Positions 27,373 to 37,186 of a DNA stretch of 37,669 nucleotides are shown here, piece after piece. The position numbers and the translations under genes are program-made. Origin of the DNA: Candidatus Shapirobacteria bacterium (GTDB lineage: Bacteria; Patescibacteriota; Microgenomatia; UBA12405); the NCBI GenBank assembly GCA_003250375.1, contig QKGR01000053.1:1-37669 (forward strand), read 5' to 3'. The stretch's first letter is position 1; each line of letters opens with the position of its first letter. The notes beneath the pieces were generated by a model. That model had not been told where the DNA came from. It saw nothing but the letters and a program-made list of their open reading frames with translations, and searched no databases.

Positions 27373-27729
27373 ATGAAAACTAATACTATTTTTGTAGCAG
27401 TTATAGGAGCACTTGCTTTGGTGACCACCGGAGCGATAGTAGTGAAGGCTATTGGTGAGAAAACTATTAGCCAAAATACGGAGACATTGGTGTCGCCTAC
27501 GGGTGTAATGGAAACAGCTGCAACAGCAGGACCTAGTCCGACGGCTGAAAAGAAAAGTGATAGATGCGTAATCATGATTTCGGGATCGAAATATGATGTG
27601 ACTGATTTGATTTCAAAACACCCAGGAGGAGATGTATTTAGCGATAAATGTGGAACTGATATGACAAGTATTTTTAATAAACAACACAAAGGAAATTTGG
27701 ATATGATCAAAGATTTCAAAGTGGAGTAA
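27373..27729 (+). CDS. Membrane-anchored cytochrome b5-like protein
   Basis: YDVTDLISKHPGG...CGTDMTSIFNKQH keeps both heme His ligands. N-terminal TM plus Thr/Pro linker. Confidence 0.88.
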   Translation: MKTNTIFVAVIGALALVTTGAIVVKAIGEKTISQNTETLVSPTGVMETAATAGPSPTAEKKSDRCVIMISGSKYDVTDLISKHPGGDVFSDKCGTDMTSIFNKQHKGNLDMIKDFKVE

Positions 27730-27738
27730 GATTTAAGT

Positions 27739-28983
27739 GTGAGAAAAGGAAACTGGGTTGTTTTACTAACGGTATTGGTGAGTGTTAATTTGTTTGTTTT
27801 GTCGAAGGGAGAAATTGGAGGATTTGGAGGATCGATATGGTTGACACTTGGACAATTGGCGGCGATTGTGGGAGTAGTGTTGTTTTGTATTAATATGATG
27901 TTGTCGTCGAAGTTTGATTTTTTGAACGATTTATGGGGATCCTTGGATAAGAGACTCAAATACCATAAATGGTATGGAATTAGTGCGAGTATGCTGATTT
28001 TGTTCCACCCTATTTGGATTGGGGTGAGCAGAATTCCGAATTATGAGAGAGTACGGCAATTATTTTGGCCAGGAAAAATGTTGGAATATAACTTGGGAAT
28101 AATGGCATTGTACGGGACAATTTTGTTAGTAGTACTTACCCTATTTGTGAAAATGAAATATGATGTGTGGCTGAGAACTCATCAATTTATGGGATTGATG
28201 GCATTAATAGCTGCAGCGCATATTCTGACAATTGGAAGTGATGTGGGAAGATATGTGTGGTTGAAAGTGTGGATATTATTCTGGATGCTGGCAGCAATGG
28301 GTGTGTTTATAATTAATAAATTTGGTAAAAAAAATATGTATAAGTACAAAGTGAGCAAAGTAAACAAAATTGGTAAGGTGGTAGAGATAAGCATGGAAGC
28401 TGAAAATGAGAAAATGAAATTTGAAGCGGGACAATATGCCTATTTTGAATTTAAAAAATTTGGAAAAGAAAGGCATCCTTTTTCGATTGCCAGCAGCCCG
28501 GACAAAGATGAACTAATGATTGCAGTGAAGGCTTTGGGGGATTTTACGGAAAAATTACAAGAGGTGGAGGTAGGAGATGAAGTTGAAGTATATGGAGCCT
28601 ATGGAGAATTTGGTAAAGATATTGGAGAAAATAATGATGCGGTGCTAATAGCCGGAGGAATTGGGATAACACCAATTATTTCGATTGTTGATTGGTGGAA
28701 AAAACAAAAGACGAAGAATAAATTGAACTTGGTGTATAGCGTAAAAAATAAAGAAGATGCTTATGGAGTGGAGTATTTGCCAAAAGAAGGAAGTGAGATT
28801 TGGGAAAGTGACACTAAAGGAAGATTGACAGCCAAGTCGGTAGTGGAAATGGTGGGAGGAGTACTGGGTAAGGAATTTTATATTTGCGGACCAAAGGGAA
28901 TGATAGATGCTTTTTCAGAAGATTTAATGAAGATGGGAGTAAACAAAAACTTAATACACTACGAGGATTTTTGGTTGAAATAG
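27739..28983 (+). CDS. Ferric reductase/NADPH oxidase (NOX)-like flavocytochrome
   Basis: About 6 TM with H-x13-H and H-x12-H, then RHPFSIAS (FAD), AGGIGITP, ICGP and EDF. Confidence 0.9.
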   Translation: MRKGNWVVLLTVLVSVNLFVLSKGEIGGFGGSIWLTLGQLAAIVGVVLFCINMMLSSKFDFLNDLWGSLDKRLKYHKWYGISASMLILFHPIWIGVSRIPNYERVRQLFWPGKMLEYNLGIMALYGTILLVVLTLFVKMKYDVWLRTHQFMGLMALIAAAHILTIGSDVGRYVWLKVWILFWMLAAMGVFIINKFGKKNMYKYKVSKVNKIGKVVEISMEAENEKMKFEAGQYAYFEFKKFGKERHPFSIASSPDKDELMIAVKALGDFTEKLQEVEVGDEVEVYGAYGEFGKDIGENNDAVLIAGGIGITPIISIVDWWKKQKTKNKLNLVYSVKNKEDAYGVEYLPKEGSEIWESDTKGRLTAKSVVEMVGGVLGKEFYICGPKGMIDAFSEDLMKMGVNKNLIHYEDFWLK

Positions 28984-28985
28984 AT

Positions 28986-30101
28986 TTAGAAATGAGAAAC
29001 TAGATTTTTGATGGCTTTGTTGGCGGCTCTGGTGGTAATAAATTGTTTGTGATTTTGTTTGTGATGGAACATCCTTTTGTCTGCTTCATGAATAGCTTCG
29101 GGAAGTGTTTGTATTTTTTGGTTTTGGCCGGCAGAGGAAAAACCCATGGCGAATGAAAAGAGTGAACGAAGGGTACACTGAGGAGGTAGAGGTATTTGTT
29201 GAACTAAAGAGTCTGAGTCAGTTCTGGCAATAGGTTCATATTCCTTGTCGAGATCTAAACCAGCCTCTTCAATTTTACTATTGAATTCAGTAAGAAGATG
29301 TTGATATTCGGCTTTCTCTTCTTCAGTAAGTTTAAAACGTGATTTTGATGGGTTTTTTATCATGGAATAAATTGTCCTGAATCTTTTAGAGATAGCCTTT
29401 ATTCCTTGACTATCAGCATCGTGAAGAAAAATAGAATATTCATCACCGCCGATACGGCATAGGGTGTCATTTTCACGAGTGAGTGTTTTAAAGAAGATAG
29501 CACAGAGTTTGAGTAAATCATCTCCGGCTTTGTGACCATAAGTATCGTTGGTTAATTTAAGATCGTTACAATCAAAGATCCCAACACCAATAGAATTCCT
29601 TACGACACCACTGTGATCACGCTTGAACTTCTCATAATAAGCCCGATTGTAAGCTTTAGTGTCGGGGTCGAGAGTGGCATTATCACCCAAGATTTCGGTT
29701 GTGCGAATTATATAATTACCACCTTCAGTTTTGACGATACGAATAGAGAAGACAAGATCCTTTTCCTCTGTTGACATAATTCTTTGAACAGAAATTTCAT
29801 TAGTATCGACATTTTCTATTCTGGCGAGCAAATATGTCCAAGTTTCGTTAGTAAAAACGCCAGCGACGGATTCTTGACCTTCGGGAATAACTGTCTGTTG
29901 GATAATTTTGTCGGCGGCCGGATTCTTGTAGGCTATCTGCCAAGTAGTTATTTCGGGATTAAATAAGTCAACTTGAGGTACAACATACGTATAGGCTTCT
30001 TGACTGGTATCAAGTATTTCCTGTGTCATTTGATCTATGGGTGGACGAGGAATTGTTTCAGTGGTGAGTTTGGTAGATTTTTCTTGTCGTGTATTTAGCA
30101 T
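28986..30101 (-). CDS. GGDEF-domain diguanylate cyclase with N-terminal PAS-like region
   Basis: DPDTKAYNR, DCNDLKLTNDTYGHKAGDDLL, REND-x5-GGDEY, ADKRMFHHK. Confidence 0.88.
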   Translation of the reverse strand: MLNTRQEKSTKLTTETIPRPPIDQMTQEILDTSQEAYTYVVPQVDLFNPEITTWQIAYKNPAADKIIQQTVIPEGQESVAGVFTNETWTYLLARIENVDTNEISVQRIMSTEEKDLVFSIRIVKTEGGNYIIRTTEILGDNATLDPDTKAYNRAYYEKFKRDHSGVVRNSIGVGIFDCNDLKLTNDTYGHKAGDDLLKLCAIFFKTLTRENDTLCRIGGDEYSIFLHDADSQGIKAISKRFRTIYSMIKNPSKSRFKLTEEEKAEYQHLLTEFNSKIEEAGLDLDKEYEPIARTDSDSLVQQIPLPPQCTLRSLFSFAMGFSSAGQNQKIQTLPEAIHEADKRMFHHKQNHKQFITTRAANKAIKNLVSHF

Positions 30102-30147
30102 TAATGAATTTGGTTTTTATAGAGATAGTATGAGTATATAATTAATT

Positions 30148-30492
30148 ATGATAAAAATTACAGAGGAAGGTAAATATAGATTGCTGGAGACGAAAGAAGA
30201 GACAAAAATTTTGATATTGGGAGAAAAACAATTTGCTTGGATTAAAGCCGAAGGGATTGGGGAAATATTGGTGACTTCGCATAATCAGAAATTGGAGACA
30301 GACACTCTACTGTCGGTGGGTAAGTATAAAATTTATGAAATTAAAGATGAACCTAATTATAGGGATAATCCACACTTGGAACTTGAAGTGGGCGAAGGCG
30401 AAAGACAGGGATACTTGCTTCTAACCGGACTGCCGGATGATGAGGATAAAAGAAATAGAATTATTCCGACAGAGGAGTTGATAACAATTTAG
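30148..30492 (+). CDS. Hypothetical protein
   Basis: 114 aa ORF with TATAAT 5 nt upstream of the ATG. Confidence 0.75.
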   Translation: MIKITEEGKYRLLETKEETKILILGEKQFAWIKAEGIGEILVTSHNQKLETDTLLSVGKYKIYEIKDEPNYRDNPHLELEVGEGERQGYLLLTGLPDDEDKRNRIIPTEELITI

Positions 30493-30503
30493 AACAAACC
30501 CTT

Positions 30504-30545
30504 TGGTACCTCACAATGTTGGGTACCACCTTTCCCTTGACAGGG
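30504..30545. repeat. Double-hairpin REP-like element
   Basis: TGGTACC-11 nt-GGTACCA followed by CCCT-tgac-AGGG. GC-rich within an AT-rich spacer. Confidence 0.45.
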
Positions 30546-30567
30546 CACTTATTAATTAAATTAAATA

Positions 30568-31032
30568 ATGGAAATAAAAGAAGGAAATAAAGCACCGGAG
30601 TTTTGCTTGAGAGATCAAAATGACAAGGAAGTGTGTTTGAGGGATTTTGCAGGAAAATGGGTAGTGCTATATTTTTACCCTAAAGACGATACTCCGGGGT
30701 GCACAAAGGAAGCCTGCAGTTTTAGGGATAATATGGTGGAGTTTGGTAAGTTAAAAATTAAGGTGTTGGGAATTAGCAAAGATACAGTGAAATCGCATAA
30801 GAAGTTTGAAGAAAAATATGGACTAAACTTTCCCCTATTGGCCGATACAGAGACAGAAGTTAATCAGAAATACGGCGTGTGGAGAAAGAAAAAATTTATG
30901 GGGAGAGAATATATGGGGACAGCGAGAAAAACATTCGTGATTGATCCTGAAGGGTTGGTTAAAAAGATTTTTGAGGATGTGAAGCCAGAGGGACACGCAG
31001 AGGAAGTAGTAAAAGAAATAAATGAAAGCTAA
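30568..31032 (+). CDS. bcp: Peroxiredoxin Bcp/PrxQ
   Basis: YFYPKDDTPGCTKEACSFRD. Confidence 0.93.
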   Translation: MEIKEGNKAPEFCLRDQNDKEVCLRDFAGKWVVLYFYPKDDTPGCTKEACSFRDNMVEFGKLKIKVLGISKDTVKSHKKFEEKYGLNFPLLADTETEVNQKYGVWRKKKFMGREYMGTARKTFVIDPEGLVKKIFEDVKPEGHAEEVVKEINES

Positions 31033-31759
31033 AGACAGAATATTAAAGAAGGCAAGAAAGAAAGGTTTTAAACTGATTCTGTGGGATTTGGATGATTCGT
31101 TGATACAAACACGCTCTGTGTTCTCGGGGAAAATCGATGAGTATTTGGAAGTAGTATGTTCGAAGAGTGAGATTGATATTGAAGAAATTAGACCGATTTT
31201 TATGGAACAGAATAATAAAGTGTTTGAAGTAAAATCGGTGAATCCGGAAAGATGGGATTGGGTAGCAGAAAGAATGGTGGAAAATTTTGGAAGAAATGAA
31301 TTTGTGGAATATGTGCCAATTCTGAAATCAATTTATAAAACTACTCCAGAAATGGTTGAAGGGGCAATGGAGGTGTTAGAAACAATTTATGATTCTCCCC
31401 TAGCAATGGGAATGGTGACACATGCGACCCCGGAATGGACGGAACTAAAAACAGAAAAGATAAGACATATGTTTGGGCATATTGAGACAGTTGATGTGAA
31501 TCGACATAAATCAAAAGAAGATTGGGAAAAAGCAGCGAAGATTCTTGGAGCGGAGGCAAAAGACTGTATTGTGATTGGGGATAGTTTGAGGAATGATGTG
31601 GAGCCGGCAGGAGAGCTGGGGATGGCCGGGATACTACTACCATCGGTGTGGAGTGTGTACGCGTCGGGGACAATGCCGAATAGAGCGGTGGAGGTGGAAC
31701 ATGTGAGCAAGGTGTTTGAGGGATTGGAGAAATTGTTGGAGATGGAGAGTAGGTCGTAG
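31022..31759 (+). CDS. HAD family hydrolase
   Basis: WDLDDSL (motif I), VT, K, IGDSLRNDV. Confidence 0.88.
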   Translation: MKAKDRILKKARKKGFKLILWDLDDSLIQTRSVFSGKIDEYLEVVCSKSEIDIEEIRPIFMEQNNKVFEVKSVNPERWDWVAERMVENFGRNEFVEYVPILKSIYKTTPEMVEGAMEVLETIYDSPLAMGMVTHATPEWTELKTEKIRHMFGHIETVDVNRHKSKEDWEKAAKILGAEAKDCIVIGDSLRNDVEPAGELGMAGILLPSVWSVYASGTMPNRAVEVEHVSKVFEGLEKLLEMESRS

Positions 31760-31777
31760 TTTTCGTATAATGGAGAT

Positions 31778-33694
31778 GTGAAGAAAATTGCGTTTTTGGT
31801 TGGATTGGTACTAATACTTGTATCCCCTATTGGGACTTGGGCGAAGAGCTATAGTGTGGGGCCGGTGGATATAAAGGCGAAAGTAAACTACGATGGATCG
31901 ATGGAAGTAAGTGAACAAAGAGTTTATTCGTTTAGTGGATCATACTCGTATGCCTACGAGAAAATAAATAAGTATTCTGGAGATAGTTTTTTGAGTGGAA
32001 GGAGTGAAAAATATAGACTGAGCAATTTTTCGGTGTGCGACGACCAAGGGTGCTATAAGCAAAATTTTGGGATTTCGAATGAGGATACGAGACTAGAAAT
32101 GGGATCGTTTTTTGTGATTGAAGAGGCTAGTTATTATTATGTGAAATGGTTTTATTCGGCTGAAGATTCGAGCAGAACATTTAAGGTGAGTTATACAGTT
32201 GATAATGCGGTGACGTTGCAAAGTGATACGGCAGAGTTGTACTGGAAATTTATTGGAGATAAATGGGAAATTGAGCAGAAGAATGTGGGGATAAGCGTCC
32301 AATTGCCAAAGACAATTGATGGAACGAAGATTAAAGCTTGGGGGCACGGAGATTTGAGCGCGAGTGTGGCAATTGAGGAAGGAAATACAGTAGTAATGAG
32401 CAGTAAAAGAGTGGATAAGGGAATTATGATGGAAGGAAGAGTAGTGATGCCTAAGGATAGTTTTTATGGTGGGGCTTTGGGAAGCAGCAACTTGGCAACG
32501 ATTGAAAAACAGGAAAATGCTTTTATTCAACAAACAATTCAAAATAAAGGCTGGAAGAGCGCAGAAACATTGCTTGGGGTAATTTTGACCTTATTGTTGG
32601 GAGGAGGATTGATTTGGGAATTGATTAGAAGTATTAGAATATTTTTTAGATACGGGAAAGACAAGGAATTACCAAAAGTTAATTTGTCGGGGAGAATTTG
32701 GGAGGCACCATCGAACACAAGTCCGGCACAAGTGGAGCAAATAATTAGTGGGGATAGCAACAAATTAACAACAAAGGCGTTTACGGCAACGGTACTGAAT
32801 TTGGTGCACAAGAAAGTTTATAGGCTGGTGCGAAGTGATAAAAAGGAGGGAGTAATTTTTAAGAAATATGAATATTATCTAATAAAGACGGAAGATAATT
32901 TAATAATGGACGGGGCAGAAAAGGCAGTGGCTGATTTTTTGGAAAACATAGGAACAAATAAAGTAATTGTCGAAGGTAAAGAGCAAAGAGTGTTGAAACT
33001 AGAGAGAATTAGCAAATGGTGCAAACAGAACAATAGTAGTGCGAGAAGTTTTTTTATGACAAAATTGCCAAAAGTGGCTTTTAGTAAGAACTTGGAAGAA
33101 GGTTTTTTTGACAGAGAGTCGCATGGAATGAAAAGTAAACTAGCACCAAAATTGGCAATGGTGATTTTGTTTGCCTTGATATTTATGATTAGGATTGAAG
33201 TGAGTGGAATTTGGGTGATATTTGCGATAGTTAATGGAGTATTGTCGTTGACTTCGATATTGATTACGTCGGTGTTGACGTTTTTTGGAGAAAGATTGAG
33301 TGACAAAGGATTGGAAGAAAAAGCGGGCTGGCTGGCATTTAAGAAGCATTTGGAAGAATATAAACAGACTAAAGATTATCCAATCGACTCAATAATATTG
33401 TGGGAAAAATATTTGGTGTACGGAACACTGCTAGGTGTGTCGACAAAGGCATTATCCCAACTGCCAGTGAATTTTTCTGAAAGTGATAAACAGATGATGG
33501 CGGCTTATTGGGCTGGAGGAAGAAGCGGCGGCATGGGATCGATTAGTACAAGCCTAAATAGTGTGAATGCAGCGATTAGCTCGCTTAGTAGTTCGACAAG
33601 CAGCAGTTATGGAGCAAGTGGAGTGGGTTCGTCGGGTGGATTCTCTGGCGGTGGGGGCGGAGGTGGAGGCGGCGGAGGTGGAGGCGCGGGGTGA
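31778..33694 (+). CDS. DUF2207 family membrane protein
   Basis: DGSMEVSE, AELYWKFIG, WEKYLVYGTLLGV and a poly-Gly C-terminal tail. Confidence 0.88.
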   Translation: MKKIAFLVGLVLILVSPIGTWAKSYSVGPVDIKAKVNYDGSMEVSEQRVYSFSGSYSYAYEKINKYSGDSFLSGRSEKYRLSNFSVCDDQGCYKQNFGISNEDTRLEMGSFFVIEEASYYYVKWFYSAEDSSRTFKVSYTVDNAVTLQSDTAELYWKFIGDKWEIEQKNVGISVQLPKTIDGTKIKAWGHGDLSASVAIEEGNTVVMSSKRVDKGIMMEGRVVMPKDSFYGGALGSSNLATIEKQENAFIQQTIQNKGWKSAETLLGVILTLLLGGGLIWELIRSIRIFFRYGKDKELPKVNLSGRIWEAPSNTSPAQVEQIISGDSNKLTTKAFTATVLNLVHKKVYRLVRSDKKEGVIFKKYEYYLIKTEDNLIMDGAEKAVADFLENIGTNKVIVEGKEQRVLKLERISKWCKQNNSSARSFFMTKLPKVAFSKNLEEGFFDRESHGMKSKLAPKLAMVILFALIFMIRIEVSGIWVIFAIVNGVLSLTSILITSVLTFFGERLSDKGLEEKAGWLAFKKHLEEYKQTKDYPIDSIILWEKYLVYGTLLGVSTKALSQLPVNFSESDKQMMAAYWAGGRSGGMGSISTSLNSVNAAISSLSSSTSSSYGASGVGSSGGFSGGGGGGGGGGGGGAG

Positions 33695-33705
33695 GATAAT
33701 AGGAA

Positions 33706-34869
33706 ATGGAATTATCTGAAGACCAAAAAAGGGTTTTTGAAAATTTGATGGATTGGACCTTGGGAGATAAGGAAAGGCAATATATTTCGGTGGGAGGATA
33801 TGCCGGGACGGGAAAAACAACATTGATTGGAAAATTGCGAGAAAAAATATTTGCAGAGAAACCGAAATTAAAAATTGCGTTTGCCTGTTTTACAGGAAAA
33901 GCAGCGAGAGTACTGAAAGGAAAGCTGGTGGAGGCAGGGGCTTTGTACGAAGGAGATACGGTGGGGACAATACATAGTTTGATTTACTCCCCGATTGAGA
34001 ATGGCAAGCATGAAATTGTGGGGTGGAAAAGAAAAGAGGCAATGGAGGCTGATTTGATTGTGATTGATGAGGCGTCGATGGTGGATGAGAAAATTTGGAA
34101 TGATTTGAAAAGCTACGGGAGGGCAATTATTGCCGTGGGAGATCATGGACAATTGCCCCCAATTTCGGGAAGTTTTAGCCTAATGGAAAGGCCTGATTTG
34201 AGACTGGAAAAAATACATAGACAAGCAGAGAACAATCCAATAATCCGACTATCGATTGAGGCGAGGTCGGAGGGAAAAATACCAGTGGGAAGATATGGGG
34301 CAGGAGTGGTGAAATTTGACAGAAATGAATCTTATAGTCAGACGGAAATTGAGGAATTGCTGAAGAATTACACAAGGGATACTTTGGTATTGTGCGGATT
34401 GAACCAGACAAGAACAAAATTAAATAGTTTTATTCGACAAGCGTTGGAGTTTGAGTTCCCTACCCCATGCGTGTCGGATAGAGTGATTTGCTTGCGAAAT
34501 AATCATGAAAAAGGAATTTATAATGGAATGCTGGGGGTGGTAGCAGCGATTAGGAAGAAAAATGATGAATGGTGGGAAGCAGAAATTGAGATGGATGGAG
34601 AAAGTGAGGCGTACGAAGGATTGATTTCGGCAGCACAATTCGAGGTGAAAACAGCAATGAATTTTACTAACCAGAGATACAGGATTATGAAAGGAGATTT
34701 GTTTGATTTTGGCTATGCGCTGACGGTGCACAAAGCGCAGGGGTCGCAGGCAAAAAGAGTAATTTTGTTTGAGGAAAGATTTAGCCGAATGAGCGACGAT
34801 GAATGGAGAAGGTGGCTATATACGGCGGTGACCAGAGCGGAAGAAGAATTGTATGTGGTGGGAAGTTGA
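33706..34869 (+). CDS. SF1B DNA helicase, RecD/Dda-like
   Basis: GYAGTGKTT, DEASM, GDHGQLPP, HRQ, YALTVHKAQGS, YTAVTRA. Confidence 0.92.
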   Translation: MELSEDQKRVFENLMDWTLGDKERQYISVGGYAGTGKTTLIGKLREKIFAEKPKLKIAFACFTGKAARVLKGKLVEAGALYEGDTVGTIHSLIYSPIENGKHEIVGWKRKEAMEADLIVIDEASMVDEKIWNDLKSYGRAIIAVGDHGQLPPISGSFSLMERPDLRLEKIHRQAENNPIIRLSIEARSEGKIPVGRYGAGVVKFDRNESYSQTEIEELLKNYTRDTLVLCGLNQTRTKLNSFIRQALEFEFPTPCVSDRVICLRNNHEKGIYNGMLGVVAAIRKKNDEWWEAEIEMDGESEAYEGLISAAQFEVKTAMNFTNQRYRIMKGDLFDFGYALTVHKAQGSQAKRVILFEERFSRMSDDEWRRWLYTAVTRAEEELYVVGS

Positions 34870-36033
34870 TTATTTCTCTTTTTTGGCTTCGGATGGGGCG
34901 GGGAGGAAAGAAAGGAAATAGGAACCCAGACCAAAGCAAAGGGTGAAGAATTTAACAAAGCCACCGAGAACTGGAATGGCAAAAACGAGCCAGAAAACCA
35001 GAACACCTATGGCTAAATAGTGATAATTATTTAGTTTGGTAGCAGGAAAAGCTTTGATGGCTAATAATTTACCAAAGTAGAGAGCTGAATAGACCGAGGA
35101 AAGCATGAGGGCGATGATGTAGGCAAAGAGAGCCAGGAAAGCAACCTGAAGACCAATTATGGTTATGAGAGTAATGAAGAAGAAGAAAGGAAGCAAGAAA
35201 AGGACAGCAAAGCCAATAAAGAAAGAAGCGACAGGACGGGCTTTCATGACCGAAAGAACAGCAGAATTTCGATAGCTGGTGAAATAGAGAAGAACAACAC
35301 CAAGCAAGAGAGCAGAAAGAGCAGAAACTAGCTGCTTGGAAAGCCAAGCGGTAGTAGTGATTTTTTTGACGGAGGAGGAAGAATCGGTTTCAGTAGAAGC
35401 TTCGGTCTGATGGCGGTTGACAGTGCCTTTGACGACAGACTCGGGAAGAGTGACTTTGGAATCGGTGTAGGTAAACAAGTAAAGATCACCAGTGATTGAA
35501 GAAGAGGAGGCAGCAGAGAGATTCTCGGTTGCCAGAGTAGCATTGCGAGTGGTTTGAGCCGAATAGACTAAATCTTTGGCGGCAACGGCGACATCACGAG
35601 CGAAGAAACCAGAAAGATCGGCAGTAGAAGCAGCAGCGATGAAATCGCCACCGATTTGAGTATTGGATTTGAGAGTGAGAGTCTGAGCAAAAAGAGAAGA
35701 ACTACTATGAACGACAGCATCAGAATCGATGACACGAGCTAAGAGGCGAAGATTGCCCCCAATGGTGCCGGAAACTTTGATGTTCTCAGCAGCACAGATG
35801 ACATCACCAGCGACAGTGGTGTTGATGAGGACATCCTGACCAGCACAATAAAGATCGCCATTGATGGGAGAATTGACAACAAGAGTCTTGGCGGCAACGA
35901 CGAGAGTTTCATCGAAAGTTTTATCCTGAGGGAGAGTTAGATCTTCGGAAGATTGGAAACTAACGGCTTGAACGGAACTTGGAAGAAAAAAGAAAGAAAG
36001 TGCCAATAAAAAGACGAGTGTAATTTTTTTCAT
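34870..36033 (-). CDS. Bactofilin-like beta-helix protein with signal peptide and C-terminal TM bundle
   Basis: Repeats of V/I-x-G-D-l-x-x-A (INGDLYCAG, VAGDVICAA, IGGNLRLLA), followed by about 5 TM. Confidence 0.8.
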   Translation of the reverse strand: MKKITLVFLLALSFFFLPSSVQAVSFQSSEDLTLPQDKTFDETLVVAAKTLVVNSPINGDLYCAGQDVLINTTVAGDVICAAENIKVSGTIGGNLRLLARVIDSDAVVHSSSSLFAQTLTLKSNTQIGGDFIAAASTADLSGFFARDVAVAAKDLVYSAQTTRNATLATENLSAASSSSITGDLYLFTYTDSKVTLPESVVKGTVNRHQTEASTETDSSSSVKKITTTAWLSKQLVSALSALLLGVVLLYFTSYRNSAVLSVMKARPVASFFIGFAVLFLLPFFFFITLITIIGLQVAFLALFAYIIALMLSSVYSALYFGKLLAIKAFPATKLNNYHYLAIGVLVFWLVFAIPVLGGFVKFFTLCFGLGSYFLSFLPAPSEAKKEK

Positions 36034-36097
36034 GGTTTATTATGGCAATATTTTGAGTAAAAATCAAAGAGGGCGAAACGTGGTAGACTTATTTTTA

Positions 36098-37186
36098 ATG
36101 AGAAAGATTGCAGGGATGTTTCTGGTGCTGGGAATGTTGATGGTAGGAATGGGATGGAGAAATGAGGTAAGAGCAGCGGATGATTTGGAAATATATAAAG
36201 TTAAGGTAGACAAAATAATCGAGGAGAAGGATGTTGAATTGGAAGGCAAGATACAGAAATATCAGAAGTTAGAAGCAGTGGGAATTGAGGGTGAGTTGGA
36301 AGGACAAAAGATAATTATTGAAAACGGAAAGATTCCGGTGATTAATCCATTGGTAATAAAAGTAAACGATAAACTGCTGATTAAGAAAGAAATGATAGCT
36401 GGAAACGAAGAGTATGTGATTGAGGATATGGTGAGAAGCGACAGTTTACTACTATTGTTTTTGATGTTTATGGTAATGGTAGTACTAGTGTCGAAGGGGC
36501 GAGGAATTAGTTCTTTGATTAGTATGGTGATTTCATTTCTGGTGATTTTTTGGTTTATTTTGCCAAGAATTTCGAATGGGGATAATCCAATTGTAATTGC
36601 AGTGATTGGATCGATGTTGATTATTCCAATAATTTTTTATCTGTCGCATGGGTTTAATAGCAAGACAACAATTGCGATTTGCGGGACGGTATTGTCGCTT
36701 TTGATTACGGGGATATTGGCACAGATATTTATTGATATTGGACATTTGTATGGTTTTTCGTCGGAAGAATCGGGTTTTTTGGCAGCAGCAAAGGCGACAA
36801 TTGATATGAAGGGGATATTGTTGGCAGGGATTGTGATTGGAGCAATGGGAGTACTGGATGATGTGGCAGTGTCGCAGGCGTCGATAGTAGAACAGCTTAA
36901 ATTGAGCTCGGGGAAGATTAAGACTAACGAGTTGTACACAAGAGCAATGAAAGTAGGACAAGACCATATTGCGTCGATGATTAATACGTTAATTTTGGTG
37001 TATGCCGGAGCATCGCTGCCACTGCTGTTGATTTTTATTGATAACCCAAGACCACTGGGTGAGATTGTTAATTATGAATTTATTGCGGAGGAAATTGTCC
37101 GAACTTTGGTGGGATCGATTGGGTTGATATCGGCTGTGCCTATTACGACAATATTGGCAGCGATGTGGTTTGGAAGGAAAAAGTGA
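36098..37186 (+). CDS. YibE/F family membrane protein
   Basis: GIVIGAMGVLDDV, GQDHIASMINTLILVYAG, EIVRTLVGSIG. Confidence 0.9.
   Translation: MRKIAGMFLVLGMLMVGMGWRNEVRAADDLEIYKVKVDKIIEEKDVELEGKIQKYQKLEAVGIEGELEGQKIIIENGKIPVINPLVIKVNDKLLIKKEMIAGNEEYVIEDMVRSDSLLLLFLMFMVMVVLVSKGRGISSLISMVISFLVIFWFILPRISNGDNPIVIAVIGSMLIIPIIFYLSHGFNSKTTIAICGTVLSLLITGILAQIFIDIGHLYGFSSEESGFLAAAKATIDMKGILLAGIVIGAMGVLDDVAVSQASIVEQLKLSSGKIKTNELYTRAMKVGQDHIASMINTLILVYAGASLPLLLIFIDNPRPLGEIVNYEFIAEEIVRTLVGSIGLISAVPITTILAAMWFGRKK

Noticed and set aside
33640-33691. G-rich low-complexity tract (possible G-quadruplex)
   Set aside because: It is explained by the poly-Gly tail typical of DUF2207 proteins.
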